A DNA stretch of 64,000 nt from the human T2T-CHM13v2.0 reference genome, Homo sapiens. Below the pieces are notes generated by a model. It made no database searches and was not told where the DNA came from. It saw nothing but the letters and a program-made list of their open reading frames with translations. Shown in pieces: positions 40,301 to 54,614 of this stretch; the stretch's first letter is position 1, and every line of letters starts with the position of its first letter. Both the position numbers and the translations under genes were made by a program. The DNA lies in assembly GCF_009914755.1 (NCBI RefSeq), contig NC_060945.1; one strand, 5' to 3'.

Positions 40301-40964
40301 TCCACTGAGCTTATTTCTAGAATAAACATAGAAAGGAGGAAAAAATGACTCTGAAACAGGAAACCAGTGGATTTAGGAAAATGCACAATATCACAGAGCC
40401 AGAACTCAAACTTTTGTAAATCTGTTTCCAGAACCTTTATGCCAACTGATTCCAGCTACATACAACTTCACTTCCAAACAAACCCCTGTATGCTTGCTGG
40501 CCTTCCATCAAAGCAAAGTTATTCTTACTTTGTACTAGATTGCTATGTTACATCCAGACTCTTAATAAAAACAAACTAAACCCAAACACCTACTATTGCC
40601 ACACAGAGCACCCAGTGGCCTCAGGGTTCGGCAGGGTGGCAGTGAGGAGTTCTAGCAAAGCTTCTCCCACCCAAGTGTGGACCCTCAGCTGAGGAGGCTG
40701 GTCTTGGCTGTGCTGTTCCATTTGCACGAAGATCCTGATAGACTCCTCCATCTTTAGATTGCAGCAGCTGGGGGTTATCATAGATTTTCTCTTCCAAAAA
40801 TTAAAAAAAAATTATCTTAAAAGAAGCATTGAATAGTTATGAGATACATCATAAAAATACTCTCTATATGTTAATTATTGAATAAATGTTTATATTATTA
40901 ACTTATCTCCTATCCCCTTCCACAAGTGATTTGGAGAAGCTTTTAAAAATATAGTCAATCTGAG

Positions 40965-41125
40965 TAAGATTAGTGGAGTGTATCAATGTCAGTTTCCTGG
41001 TTGTGATATTGTATCATACTTATGCAAGATGATATCATTGGGGGACCCTGGGTAAAAGAGACAGTGGATCTCTCTGTATTATTTCTTACCACCTAATGTG
41101 AATCTACAACTGTCTTAAAATAAGC
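40965..41125 (+). mobile_element. L1MC-type 3' end
   Basis: TGTATCAATGTCAGTTTCCTGGTTGTGATATTGTA...GGATCTCTCTGTATTATTTCTTAC...TGTGAATCTACAA. Confidence 0.85.
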
Positions 41126-41170
41126 AAGCTAAACCTTAAAAAATAAATTCCTCATCAAAAGAGTAAAATA

Positions 41171-41435
41171 TATTCCTCATCTCAAACATACATCATTTCT
41201 TTGTGTTGGGAACACTCAATATCTTAATTCTAGCTATTAGAGACTATATAATGTATTACTGTTAACTGTAGTTGGAATCCTACAATGGGATAGAACACTA
41301 AAACTTACCCCTTCTATCTAAATGGAAATGCCAATTACCCTGATCCGATCTCTATAACATTACATATATTGAAACATCACTATGTACCCCATAGGTACAA
41401 TTATTATATGTCAATTTAAAACTAATTTGAAAAAT
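41171..41435 (+). mobile_element. L1MA5/6-like 3' end with 5' inversion
   Basis: 41171-41321 is antisense L1MA (CATCATTTCTTTGTGTTGGGAACA). 41322-41435 is the adjoining sense 3' terminus (CCAATTACCCTGAT...ATCACTATGTACCCCATA). Confidence 0.75.
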
Positions 41436-43982
41436 GTTGTAATTAAAAAAATTAAATACTAAACTATAAATAACTAAGCATATCACAGCAAAAGGGAAAG
41501 TGGGTAGCAAAATGGTAAATCTGGGAGTTAGAGAAAAGCAGAAATGCAAGCCCACAGCTCTCTGCAGTTGCTAGCAGTGATCTGAAAGTTTGATCTAAGC
41601 TTTCTATCCTGGTGGCCAAAGACGGAATCAGTTACAAGGATCTCAGTGTTCATAAGATATTATTCTAAGCCAGGGTCGCTGCAGGTGGCTGCAATTCTGA
41701 TACTGGAGGAATTTGTTCCTTAGATCCCTTTGCAGTTCTGTTGTATAACTTATGCAGCAACACTCCTACAAGAGATAACAAAGAAAAATTCACACAACTA
41801 TTTTTTAAGTGTTCTTGAATATATATAGATAGTGGAACTCCTTGGCATAAACTTCAGTGGGGAAAAAAGGCAGTTTTCTAAAGGGCCAGTTAATTTCATC
41901 GGTGGGTAATGAAAGAAAGTGTTGTGGTGTAATTTGGTCACCCTTCTGCTATCGTTACCTGGTGATCACTGACGAACATGTTCATCCTGACACTGCAATA
42001 CATGTCCTTCAGGACCAGTGTGCAAAGGCATCTCTTCAATACATTTTCTGGTGTCTTCCTTTTAAGCAAAAATCAACTACTTGCAGGCAACCCCCAACCC
42101 CTCCCCTTCCTCTCCCTCAATGCCATGCCCAACGCCACTCCCTGGCTGCATGACCCCAAATGCAACTTACATGAGGGACCAGACACAACACTGGGGGAAC
42201 CTCTACAAGTGCCTGACCCAAGGAACCACTCCAGAGAGCACGCACCGAGCAGCTGAGGCCACAGTGGTTCTGGGCTCACTGCCAAGCTCTCTCTCACTTG
42301 TCAGCAAAAGCAAAATTGGGATTTTTTTTTTTTTAAACAGCCCCTGGCCAAGTGTTTCTGTGCTGGGTGTTACTTTGCTTCAGATAGGCACAAATCCAAC
42401 CTCTCCTCTGGAGCACAAGCTAGAGAAATCAAAAGTTTAAGAAATACCTTAAATGGCTCCATACACTCAAACCATGCTGGTTGGTGCAGCTCAAAAGGCA
42501 AAGAATTCAAACATGTGGTTCCTAACCTCACAGAGCTGATTATCTGTCCAAGGCCAGGGGTAGATAAAGTTCTTGGAGAAGCAGCAGAGAACTGAATCAA
42601 ATGAAAAGCAAAATACTATAAACTCAAGGTTTAAGTGCTGGGTTTGAGGGAACAATCTGGGAAATATACCCAGGAAGTGGGCTTTAAATTGGTCTTAGAA
42701 AGAGGACTTCTACAGATTGTCAGAGAAGAGAGAGTGTTCCTCGCGTGAACCACAGCTGGGAAAAAAAAACATGATGGTGGAAATTTAAATTCATCCTTGG
42801 GGGACAGGGCACTGATTGACATGGTTGGCACAGCAAGGCCACGGGGGGAATAAATGGGAGAGAAAGTCAGAGAGGGAGGACCAGCTAATAAAAGTCTTTG
42901 AATACTACACTGTGGCATTTAGAGGATTCACAAAGAATGACTTCAGCAGGTACATGCCAGCCAGCCTAACTGAAAGCAAAGACAACAGAATGTCTCATGC
43001 ATAAAAGGTTCTCTGCCTAAATTATTTTTGATCTATTGGCACATCTTTTATGATCTACTAAAAAATTAAATTTTTCATTCATCTATTGTATTCAACAAGC
43101 AAAAGCTGCAAGCCCAGATTATTAATGATGTCAGATCTTGTATTCCTAAAACAAATGCACAACAGTTCCATTTCTGATGACAAAAAGAGAGTCATTTGTT
43201 TCAATCATGGAGGACAATCTTATTAAACATCGCCAACCTACTGCCAAGCTGGCTGCTCACCAGTGCACAGCTACAGAACAAATGGAATCCGGAGGACTGT
43301 CAATCTTCAGATAGTGTCACTGCCCCCAAAATAATAAACTTAGGGGGAGATAAATCTGTTATGACTTGAACACTTTTGCTTCTTAACTCTGGAGTCTTCA
43401 AGTTCAGCAATTTCATAATTCTTTCATGTGGCAATAAGGCTGTTTGGCAAATGCTAGTGAGAATTGCTAAACTGAGCTTACCTGCATATAAACCTTATAC
43501 ACACTCATATCAACTGACTTACCCTTTCAGGAAAGTAACTTAGTAAGGGAAATAATAAACCTTAATAATATGCATGCCTTTTGATCCAATAAGTCTGTTT
43601 CTCAGTCTAAGGAAATAATACAGAATACAGAAAAGACGTTGCACTTAAGAATGTCCATACATTGTTGTTTCTAATGGCCAAAAAATAAAAATAAACATTG
43701 AGCCAACCCATTTTCCAATAGAAGGGGCATGATTTAATAATGCTCCAGGCCTAGAAAGAAATGTTTATGGTGTAATGTTACATATATACTATGCCCTATA
43801 TAGTATGATATCAAGTATATGAATAAGATTCCCAGAATGAAGAATAATCAAGAAAAGCACCAAAATTTTGACAATCGTTTTGAGTGTTGAGATTTTATGT
43901 ACCTGTTTATGTTCTTCTTTATTCTTTGCTATATTTTCAAAACTTTCTCAGTGATCATGTATCACTTTTAAAAGCAAGTAGA

Positions 43983-44254
43983 ACACAAGAACAGAAAAAC
44001 CAAACACTGCACGTTCTCACACATAAGTAGGAGTTGAACAATGAAAACACATGGACACAGAAAGGGGAACATCACACACCGGGGCCTGTCAGGGTGGTGG
44101 GGAACTAGTGGAGGGATAGCATTAGGAGAAATACCTAATGTAGATGACAGATTGATGGGTGCAGCAAACCACCATGGCACGTGTATACCTATGTAACAAA
44201 CCTGCACTTTTCGAACATATATCCCAGAACTTAAAGTATAATTTTAAAAAAAAA
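43983..44254 (+). mobile_element. L1PA7/8-like 3' end
   Basis: GAACAATGAAAACACATGGACACAG, GGAGGGATAGCATTAGGAGAAATACCTAATGTAGATGAC, CCAGAACTTAAAGTATAAT, then an A tail. Confidence 0.92.
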
Positions 44255-44513
44255 AGAACTATCAAAACATTTCTCAACAAGTTCCTCTTAGAAGGCCTAT
44301 GAGCTGGGAGGCACCAGAAGGAATGAAGGGCAAAGGTAAGGAGGGAAAACAAGAAGTGAGGGAAGTTCCTGTTGCCCCAGAAGGAGAAGCATGTTCCAGG
44401 ATTACCAAAAAGAGGGATTTTCAAGGGAATGAGGCCAGGGTTAGCGTGTTTCCAGGGTCCCAGAATAGGCCCAGCTCCCACCCAGATGCCCATGAGGTAG
44501 GAGACATTAAATT

Positions 44514-44516
<3 letters not shown>

Positions 44517-44549
<33 letters not shown>
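44517..44549. repeat. (CA)n microsatellite
   Basis: About 16 units, directly visible. Confidence 0.97.
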
Positions 44550-44551
<2 letters not shown>

Positions 44552-45178
44552 CACTGGGTGTAGAAGGACCCAAAAAGAAGAAAGGTTTATGTTCCAATTC
44601 TTACTTAGAATTGTGGGAGACCACTTGGGGGTGGTGCCCAAAGGTAACATGAGGTGATCCCAGTAAAGTAGAAATGTTAGAGTAGGATCTGGAGGCCCTG
44701 AAACAGCCACCACCCCAGATGTCCACAGCCTGAGAAGCAAGGCACAGAAAGATCCAGAAGTTGCCATGAGCCTCAGTGGTGAACAGGTCAATGGACTGAA
44801 GAAGCATAGAGTGCAGACAAGGAGGGACCAAGTGATGACACTAATGACCAAGTAGCCTACAGGAACGTCAGACAAGGCCAGCAGATGCTGCAACACACCC
44901 AAAACCATAAGGGGTCTACTATGTTTTGTTCAGTTTACCCCCAGAGCCTCAAGCACGCAGAGTTAAGTAAACTATACTCCTAGCTAACAGCTAATGACAT
45001 ACCATCAGTTAATGGTGCAATCTCCTCATTAGTTTCTGATTGATTAATTGCCTTTTATTCCCGTTCCCATAACCATCTCTCTCTCTTGCCATGGGCATGC
45101 ACTCCATTGTGTTTTACTAATTTGGATGTATTCTTGAGATTTACGTAGTTTTCATTTGAATAAATGGTAATATGCTAA

Positions 45179-45504
<326 letters not shown>

Positions 45505-45890
45505 CCTGATGTTCTTTTCTTCCTTTCTTCACTCAGCACTCTGTGTTTAAGGTCTAGTCATTCTGATGTGTGCACGCCTACTTTGGTTTCTGCATATTTT
45601 TTCTTGATTTATGAAACTTTCCCCACAGCAACAAACACCTCAGATTCAGTCAACTCCAGCACAGGCACTTCTGCAATAGATATTCTTTTGCATGTTGTGT
45701 TATGGACCCCTATGAGAATCTCTCTGATATTTATCACCTGGACTGGAACTTAAGAGACATACCTGCTCAACCTAAGGCTTGTTTCTTGCCTTTAAACATG
45801 GTTCATAAGTCTTCACTTCTATCCACAATGCTTGAAAGTTGCAGTTTTCCCAAATCCACACCCATGCACACACACATATATAAACAGCCC

Positions 45891-46345
45891 CGTGAGAGAC
45901 ACAGAGTGCATTGCCCGGGTGCCACTTCAAGGAAGGACTTGCTGCCCAGCTGCAGGGAGTGTGGTCAACAGGCGGCCTCCAGCTGTTAGCAACTGAAGGG
46001 TCTGCCTTGACTGCACAACACGTAGTCTTTAACCTCCTGGAGTTGATTATCTGACCAATGCCAAATACAGATTGGCCCGAGGTTTCACCCCTCCCAGGGC
46101 AGCTTGCTGCTGGGGGTATAATGGCCAGCTATTTCAGCCAGGTGCCCGCAACCCTGAAGAGCAACCTCCACTCCAACTCCTTTTGGGTTGAGTGAGACTT
46201 TGTCCTGCTACATCACATCTCTACTTCTCCTGCCAGTCTTGCATCCTCCCCACTCTCTTCTCAGCTCATTCCAAATAAACACCTTAAGCCAAACCTTGAT
46301 TCAGTGTCGGCTCAGTTTGTGCTCTGGGAGAGCCCAGGCTACAAT
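45891..46345 (+). mobile_element. LTR16A/B-like ERVL solo LTR
   Basis: AAGGAAGGACTTGCTGCCCAGCTGCAGGGAGTG...CAGCTGTTAGC, then AATAAAC, ending CTGGGAGAGCCCAGGCTACAATA. Confidence 0.7.
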
Positions 46346-46552
46346 AGCACTGCTCAACTTCTTAATTTTGCCAATCCACTGTGCAGAAAATGGCATCTCA
46401 TTGTATTAATTTTCATTTCACTGCTTCCTAATAATTTGGAACACTTATTAATATAAATGTTGGTTGTTCAGTGATCCCTTCCTCTGAATTTATTTGTTAT
46501 AGCCATTTTCTTAGATTTTGTGGCATTTTCTTAATATGCCTTGATTCCTTGA

Positions 46553-46890
<338 letters not shown>

Positions 46891-47107
46891 TCTATAGGTA
46901 TCTTTTATACACATATACTGAGTGACGTGATTACAACAGTCAAGCAAATTAACACTATATAAGACTTCCTGGTTTAAGAAGTTGCAAATATCTTCTCCCA
47001 ACATACAGGCTATTAACTTTGTCTATGTGAGGTCTAACAATGAATCAAAATTCTTAGCTTTGATGTGATAAAATCTACCAGGCTTTTATTTTTTTTTGTA
47101 ATATTGA

Positions 47108-47464
<357 letters not shown>

Positions 47465-48384
47465 TAGTACTATATTTTATATTTAGGTTTTTAATTTATC
47501 TGGAGCTCAGCCTTGTATATGGTAGTGAACACAACTGGGATGCAGTTTTATTTACATTCATATGGAGAGGAAGTTTTCTTAGTAGAAATAAAGGAAAAAA
47601 TAGTGATACCACCAAATGGGGAGGGGAGAGGTAGGCAAGGGGAATAACAACTACCGGCAGAGGCATATTATTTAAAGATAGGGAGTTAACCACCAGAAGT
47701 AACTAATAACAGCAAAAACAGAAGCGGTTAAAGGCAAAGGCCTCCAGGGATGGAGGAAGGTCGGAAGTTAGGGAAAGGGGAAGGCAGAGGCTGGAACATC
47801 CTTGTTTCTCTTGTATTACCTCAGTAATTTTTTATTATTCTTACTTAAGTTAAACTTTTAAAAAATCACACTTGTTATGAATCCTTCCCAAGAGATCTCT
47901 GATTTCCTGAGTCAGAGAATCATCCAAGTCCCACTTATTCCCCACCCATCCATTACATGCACTCCTTTTCGAATGACTCCCCAAATACATACAACAGCAT
48001 AGACACACTTTATGACACCTCAGGGATGGGAATCAGCCCAACTGAGATAGAGAGTGAGCGGAGGGTCCCCAGCGGGTGATGAAGCCACAAGGCCAGTGGA
48101 GATAGGGTTTGCAAAGAGTCTGTGGGTCCCTTTCATTTTCCCACAGCAGATGTGTTCTTGCTGAAAAGGGAAGGGCATAGCCCTGAGTTATTCTGCAGTA
48201 AGGTATCTGTCTGTGAGTATACACCACTCTCATCTTCCCCCTAAAGATAGTTTAAAATAGCCCTGTCTACTGTCCAGCAAGTTCAAATTACCCAGAGCCA
48301 CCGTATACAATTGTATAGGTTCTAGATGTGAAGGCTCTAAAAATGCCCTAAAGCTGTGTTTCTGGATGAGGCATCATTGTGCTT

Positions 48385-48545
48385 TGCAAACAGCACTGGA
48401 CTGGGAATCAGGGAGATGCATTTTGTCCACTAGCTTTGACCATGAACCAGTCCTCCACCTCTACGAGCTTCAATTTCCTCTAAGAAAATGGGTTACCAGA
48501 TAGTAGTTTCTAATACCCCATCCCATTTTAACCACCTATGATTCA
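48385..48545 (+). mobile_element. MIR
   Basis: AGCACTGGACTGGGAATCAGG...CTTCAATTTCCTC. Confidence 0.6.
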
Positions 48546-48995
48546 AACTATGATTATATTCCTGGAGAATCTCATGGTACCAAAATATTTCAGAAACATG
48601 TTTTGAATCCAACAAGTATATTCCACTGAAATTGATGACAAGGCAAAAATCTTTATTTGCGCATTCAATTGTCCTTTTAAAATATGTCCTTTAAATGCAT
48701 TAATTGGTTAGTAAATAACTGAAATAATTTCACAGTCTAATAAGTGCACATTAGAATCCAACACAGCTTCTGAGTGTTCTACTTAAGAAAAGATGAAACC
48801 TTAACATTTTTATGATTCTTAGACATTTATAATATTGCCAGTTCATTAGATGAATATATTGCCATACTTCATGACTGTTCAAAGTTTTGTTATCAGCCCA
48901 AATATTTGACATTCTGGAAAGTGAGAGACATCTCTGTGGGCTAACCTTCCTTCTTGTGTTCACACAGCATTTCATCAGACCTATATAAAAAAATC

Positions 48996-49275
48996 AGCAC
49001 GGCATTGTGGTTTATGCCTATAACCCCAGCAATTTGGGAGGCCGAGATGAGAGCATCGTTTGAGGCCAGGAGTTTGAGACCAGCCTGGACAACGTAACAA
49101 GACCCTGTCTCTACAAAAAAAAAAAATTTAAAATTCAGCCTGGCATGGTGGCATACACCTTTAGTCCTAGCTACTTGTGAGGCTGAGGTGGGAGATCACT
49201 TGAGCCCACAAGTCTGAGACTGCAATGAGCTATGATTGTGCACTCCAACCTGTGCAACACAGAGAGAACCTATAA
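48996..49275 (+). mobile_element. AluJ
   Basis: Diverged dimer with CACTTGAGCCC...CTGCAATGAGCTATGAT. Confidence 0.9.
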
Positions 49276-50087
49276 GAAAAAAAGAAAAAAGGAAGAAATA
49301 GGACATGAAGGAATGAAGGAAGGAAGGAAGAGAGAGAGAGAGAGAGAGAGAAAGAAAGAAAGAAAGAAAGAAAGAAAGGAGGGAGGGAGGGAAGGAAAAG
49401 AAAGAAAGGAAGGAAAGAAGGGAGGGAGGGAGAGAAAGAAGAAAGAAAAAGAAAGGAATGAAAGAAAGAGAAAGGGAACGAAAGAAAGGAAAAAGAGATA
49501 GAAAAGAGAGACAGAGACAGAGAGGAAGGAAAGAAAGAAGGAAGAAAGGGAGGGAAAAGAAAAGCAAAGAAGGAGAAAAGAGAAGGAAGGAAGAAAGGAA
49601 GGAAGGAAGGAAGAAAGGGAAAAGGGAAAGGATGGAGGGAAGGAAGGGAGGGAGGGAAAGAAAGAGAAAAGAGAAGGAAAGAGAGAGAGACAGACAGAAA
49701 AGAAAAGAAAAAAGAAAGAAAGAGAAAGAAAGAAAGGAAGAAAGGAAGGAAGGAAGGGGGAGGGAGGGAGGGAAGAAGGAAGGAAAGAAGGAAGGAAAAG
49801 AAAGAGAAAGGAAAGAAGGAGGGAAGGAAGGAAGGGAGGGAGGGAAAGAAAGAGAAAGAAGAAAGAGACAGAAAGAGACAGAGACAGAGAGAGGAAGGAA
49901 GAAGGAAGGCAGGAAGGAAGGATGGAGAAAGAAGGAAGGAAGGAAGGAAAGAAGGAAGGGGGAGGGAAGAAGGAGAAAAGGAAGGAAGAAAGGGGAAGAA
50001 AGGAAGGAAGGAAAGGAGGGAGGGTGGGAAAAGAAAAGAAAAAAGAAAAGGAAGGAAGGAAGAAGAGAAAGAAAGAAATAAAAGAAA
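49275..50087. repeat. GA-rich polypurine tract, ~810 bp
   Basis: Mixed (GA)n, (GAAA)n, (GGAA)n and (GGGA)n with very few pyrimidines. Confidence 0.97.
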
Positions 50088-50859
50088 TCTTCCATATTTC
50101 CTATAGTGTAAGCCAGGTAACAGCTTCCCTAAGCCCTTCTAATCATTTGTCAAATGCACCTGGAAAAATCCCACACCTTGATGACTGAATTTTCCATTCC
50201 TGGCTAAAGAAAGTCAGGAGAGCCAATGTTTGTTTTTTCTACTGTTTGTAGAAAAAAAAAGTGTATGGTTTTTTCTACCCCGCAATGCTCCCTGTTATGG
50301 GATGTGGTTGGTGTCCCAGTGTACATTTGAACAAATGATTGGTTATTTTATATGTATCAGTATATTATACTTTTTCTAAAAAAAAGGAGAACACTACAAT
50401 ATGAATTACTGAACATATCTAATTAAGCAATCTACCAGCTGTTGGACATTTAGGTCATTCCAGCTTTTCCTTTCTGAACAACCTAACGATGAGAGAACCA
50501 AAAGCTTAATTCAAATACAGTCAGAAGGAAAATTCTTTCAGTTGAAGGAATGAACATTTTACCCCACCATAATATGTAACAAATTTTAGTTCCATAGCAA
50601 AAATAGAAAATTGGAGTTCTTTGCTGATGATGGGAAAGAACAAAAAGACAACATCCCCTTGTGGTTCAGAGTGAGACTGAAACCTGCAAAGGGAAGGAGA
50701 ATCCCCTAAAAATGGGTGCAGGAATCCCTACCCTCTCTTTCTCTCCTCTTGTTCATTCCCCTTCTTGGCCTCCTCTGCCTAAGCCAGAGTCAGGGACTTG
50801 TGTGTTCCCCACAGAGACTTGCACCAGGCTACCATCTGGCCCTGGCCCTGGCCCAGTGG

Positions 50860-52030
50860 GCACTAATTATCCTCAGTCAGCAGATCTGGCATCTCCATCT
50901 TGACATGTGTCCCCTCAGTCCCTGTGTGGTAATTAATGATGTGGACCACACTTTTCTTCTGAAATTGCGCCCTCCTCTTCTGGCTTCTAGGAGAACTCTT
51001 TCTAAGACCATTCTCTGTTCTTCCCATCACCAAATGCTGCTCTTCACCACAGTGCTTTCCCTGACTTTCTTGACAGCTTTTCCAGGCGAAATTCCATCTT
51101 TCATAGGGCCAAACCTTAGCCACGTGATGATGACTCCAACTGAATTCTCTATAGAGTTCCAGGACAAAATTTTCAGTTTCTAATTGTATCTTCTCCATCT
51201 TGCATTTTAAAAATTTAAAGACATTAATTTCCATCCTGATTCCACTAAAAAGAAAAAAAATTGATCCCTTTGCCAAGTTCTTTCAATTAATGTTACCATA
51301 TTATCCCATTCATTTGGGTTTGAAATCTCATAGCCATCTTTAACTCTTCTTTATTCCTGTATCTAATCAGCCACCATCTCCTTTCAGTTCTATTTCCCCA
51401 AAAGGATCACATTTTGATTACTTGAGGCTGAATTAAACATGGTTGAGGCTGAGCAGTGAGTTGGGACCCCTTTACCTTTCCAGCTAAGAGCATTTGTTAG
51501 CCAACTGTCAAGTGGAGAAGCAAGAACTCCGCAAGCAGAAGAGCTGCGTTTGATGTAAGCAGGGAAGAGAGATCAGAACTGTTTGGCCTCCCTTTCTCAG
51601 CCTCCTGCCTCCACCCCAAGTCACATATACTCCCAAGACCTGACCCATTCCCAAAATGAATGATCAGCATTCGTCCACTAACCAGAAGCATGTCCCAGCT
51701 CTCTTCTGTGTCCCACCATTAGAAAATCAAAAGCTGACTGTAGCTTTGATTTAGTTGCAATTAGGAATTAGTATCTTCTTCTTCACTACCAATTTCTCCC
51801 AGTTAATGGAATATGAATGGTAATTCCAGAATCTTTTATCTCCTTTCTGACTACCATAGCCCCTATTCAAATCTTCAGCATCTCACATCTAGATGACTGC
51901 AGAAGTAGCCTACTGGTCTTCTCTGCTTAGAGTCACATTCCAATTCAGCTCCCACCTTGCATTATTCTAATATACACCCTTGATCATATTGTGTCTCGAT
52001 CAAAAGCTTCAATGGTCAAGTACTGAACAT
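50860..52030 (+). mobile_element. L2 LINE remnant
   Basis: GATGTGGACCACACTTTTCTTCTGAAA (RT 'DH.LLL' region), CATCTCACATCTAGATGACTGCAGAAGTAGCCTACTGGTCT and AAAAGCTTCAATGG. Confidence 0.6.
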
Positions 52031-52255
52031 TGCTTATATATCACTGACATTGCTAGTATTCCTGCTATAACAAGTTCTCCCTTATTCAGAATCCATTTAA
52101 AATGTAGTGCAAAACACACACAAAGTGACAGTAACCTAAGTGCCCACCAATAAGGAATTGTTAAATAAATTCTAGTACATCCATGACATGAGATAATAGC
52201 ATGTCGTCCATCATATGGAATAATAGGAAGTCATTTGAAAGAACGAGATGATGGC

Positions 52256-52605
<350 letters not shown>

Positions 52606-53015
52606 TTATAGGCAAACAAACATTTAGGAAGAACACACATCAAACAGTTATAAACCGTAGCCACCTGAGGAGTGAGATTAAGGGGAAAAGAGGGCTTCTG
52701 TGTTTATTTTGTGATTGTTTTGTAAGCGTCTGTGTTCTTAAAATATGTTACAGCATACGCAGGTATTATTTTTAAATATCTAAAGCCAATAAAGGTTTAT
52801 AAACGCATTTGTCATCTAAGAGCTTCATTTAGAAATTATCACTATATTTTTATTTGAGGTACATTAACATATGTGTATGTATAAACCTAAGATTTAATAA
52901 TATAATGTACTCACTAGACTGTGTTCATTAAAGGCAGAGTTGGTATAGTCAATTTGCTTTTTTATTTTCCCAGAATGTGTCTCAGAATTTATATAGTGCC
53001 TGGCATATTAGAAGA

Positions 53016-53018
<3 letters not shown>

Positions 53019-53058
<40 letters not shown>
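53019..53058. repeat. (GT)20 microsatellite
   Basis: Directly visible. Confidence 0.97.
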
Positions 53059-53061
<3 letters not shown>

Positions 53062-54479
53062 TGAGATTTGCTACAAATTTCTCTAACTTCATAGAATATG
53101 ATGGAACATGTACTGTGATTCTAGAATCATTTCTCTATTGCTATACACAAACCATATATATGACAGTTTTGCATATTTGCAAATGCAAATATATACACAA
53201 CCAAATGGGAGAATGATCTGCATATTGTCATTGTGCTGACAAACCTGTCTTGATCACTGCTACGGTGACTCCAAATCACTGAGTGCTTCGAAAAGGACAA
53301 GAGGAATTCCATACGGAATAGGCAATTAGGTTTTGGAACAATGTGCACAGGCTGGTGTTAACTGGTTCCCGTGAGTCAGGGCCATTCCATTTTGGGGATT
53401 AAACACATCAGCAGAATGCCCCTTTCTCTGCAGCTGACAAGGGGGAGTTCCACCCCATACACTGAGGGAGAGGGTCCCCAGAATCTTCCGGGGAGTGAGG
53501 AAACAAATTCCAACCCCCAAACAACCTGATTGGAAAGGGAGTGTTTTTATATACACATGTCTCCGAAATCCGGCCAGCAAATGATAAACATCAGCTGGTG
53601 TTTAGCTAAATGTTAAAAATCTTATTGAGGCAAAAGCAATGCTAGAAAGGAACAACAACGAAAAAAGCCAGCTCAGCCTCTGCCCCACGGCCTCGATTTC
53701 TCTCCCAAATCCCAGGTAGCTGAGAGGTGGAAAGTCTAGAAACAGAATCGAACACGTCTAATCTCTTTTACAACAATGTTCTTATTTTAACCCATGTCAT
53801 CAGGGGAAATGGCTGAAAATAGTGACAAATACAACATCAATAAACATAATAATAATTGATTTCCCAGAGATGAAAAATTTGAAATTATTGGCCATTTCCC
53901 CCTAGAGCATTGGTTGATTAATTTAATGTTCATCTTAGTCTTTCAAAGACATCCTCTTATGTTGATCTGCTTTGCCAGACTTTGTGATGGGTTTTGCGGT
54001 TTAGGGCCCAGTGGTTAAAGTATATTGCACAGTTCTGCAGTTTTAAAGAGAATTCTGATAGTTTAAGGATGACTGCAGCCAACAACAGCAACAACAAAAG
54101 TTAAGACACATCAAGCAATTAAATTTCCAGAGATTGGAACTGGAGTTTTTCATACAGGATATAAGTTCAGTGGCTGTACTACTCAGTTTTTCTAGCTTAA
54201 GTATCCAAGAAACAGATTTTGAGAGGTACAACCTCTATTCCCCCAGAGCACCCAACTTTCACTTAATTCAGAATCTCAACACAGAGCAAGGTGAATTTCA
54301 AGTAACTATTTTCCTTCCTCTCTCCCTTCTTTCTTTCCCTTTTCCCCTTCCTTTCTTTCTTACTCATGTTTCTCCCCTACCCTCTCTCTTCCTCATTTCC
54401 TTCTTCCTTTCTTTCTTCCTTCTCATCTTTAAACCACTTCAAAGTTTGATGTTTGTATTTATCCTGAGAGACAAGTGAA

Positions 54480-54612
54480 ATAAGCATTATTATCCTTTTT
54501 TTACAGATAAATGAAGTGAGACACAGAGGTTCAGTGACTTTCTCAGACTTTCTTGTGACTGAATAAACAGCCCAGGGAAAGAAGTTTTGAACCTCCTGAG
54601 TTCCAGGTTAGC
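54480..54612 (-). mobile_element. MIR
   Basis: ATTATTATCC.TTTT..ACAGATAAATGAAGTGAGACACAGAGGTTCAGTGACTT. Confidence 0.7.
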
Positions 54613-54614
54613 AC

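Noticed and set aside
48304-48317. 14-bp palindrome TATACAATTGTATA
   Set aside because: Short, AT-rich and isolated. Compatible with chance or a decayed DNA-transposon end.
49196-50095. 299-aa F/L/S/P ORF (-) and 207-aa K/E/R/G ORF (+)
   Set aside because: Stop-free only because the tract is nearly pure purine or pyrimidine. No domain content.
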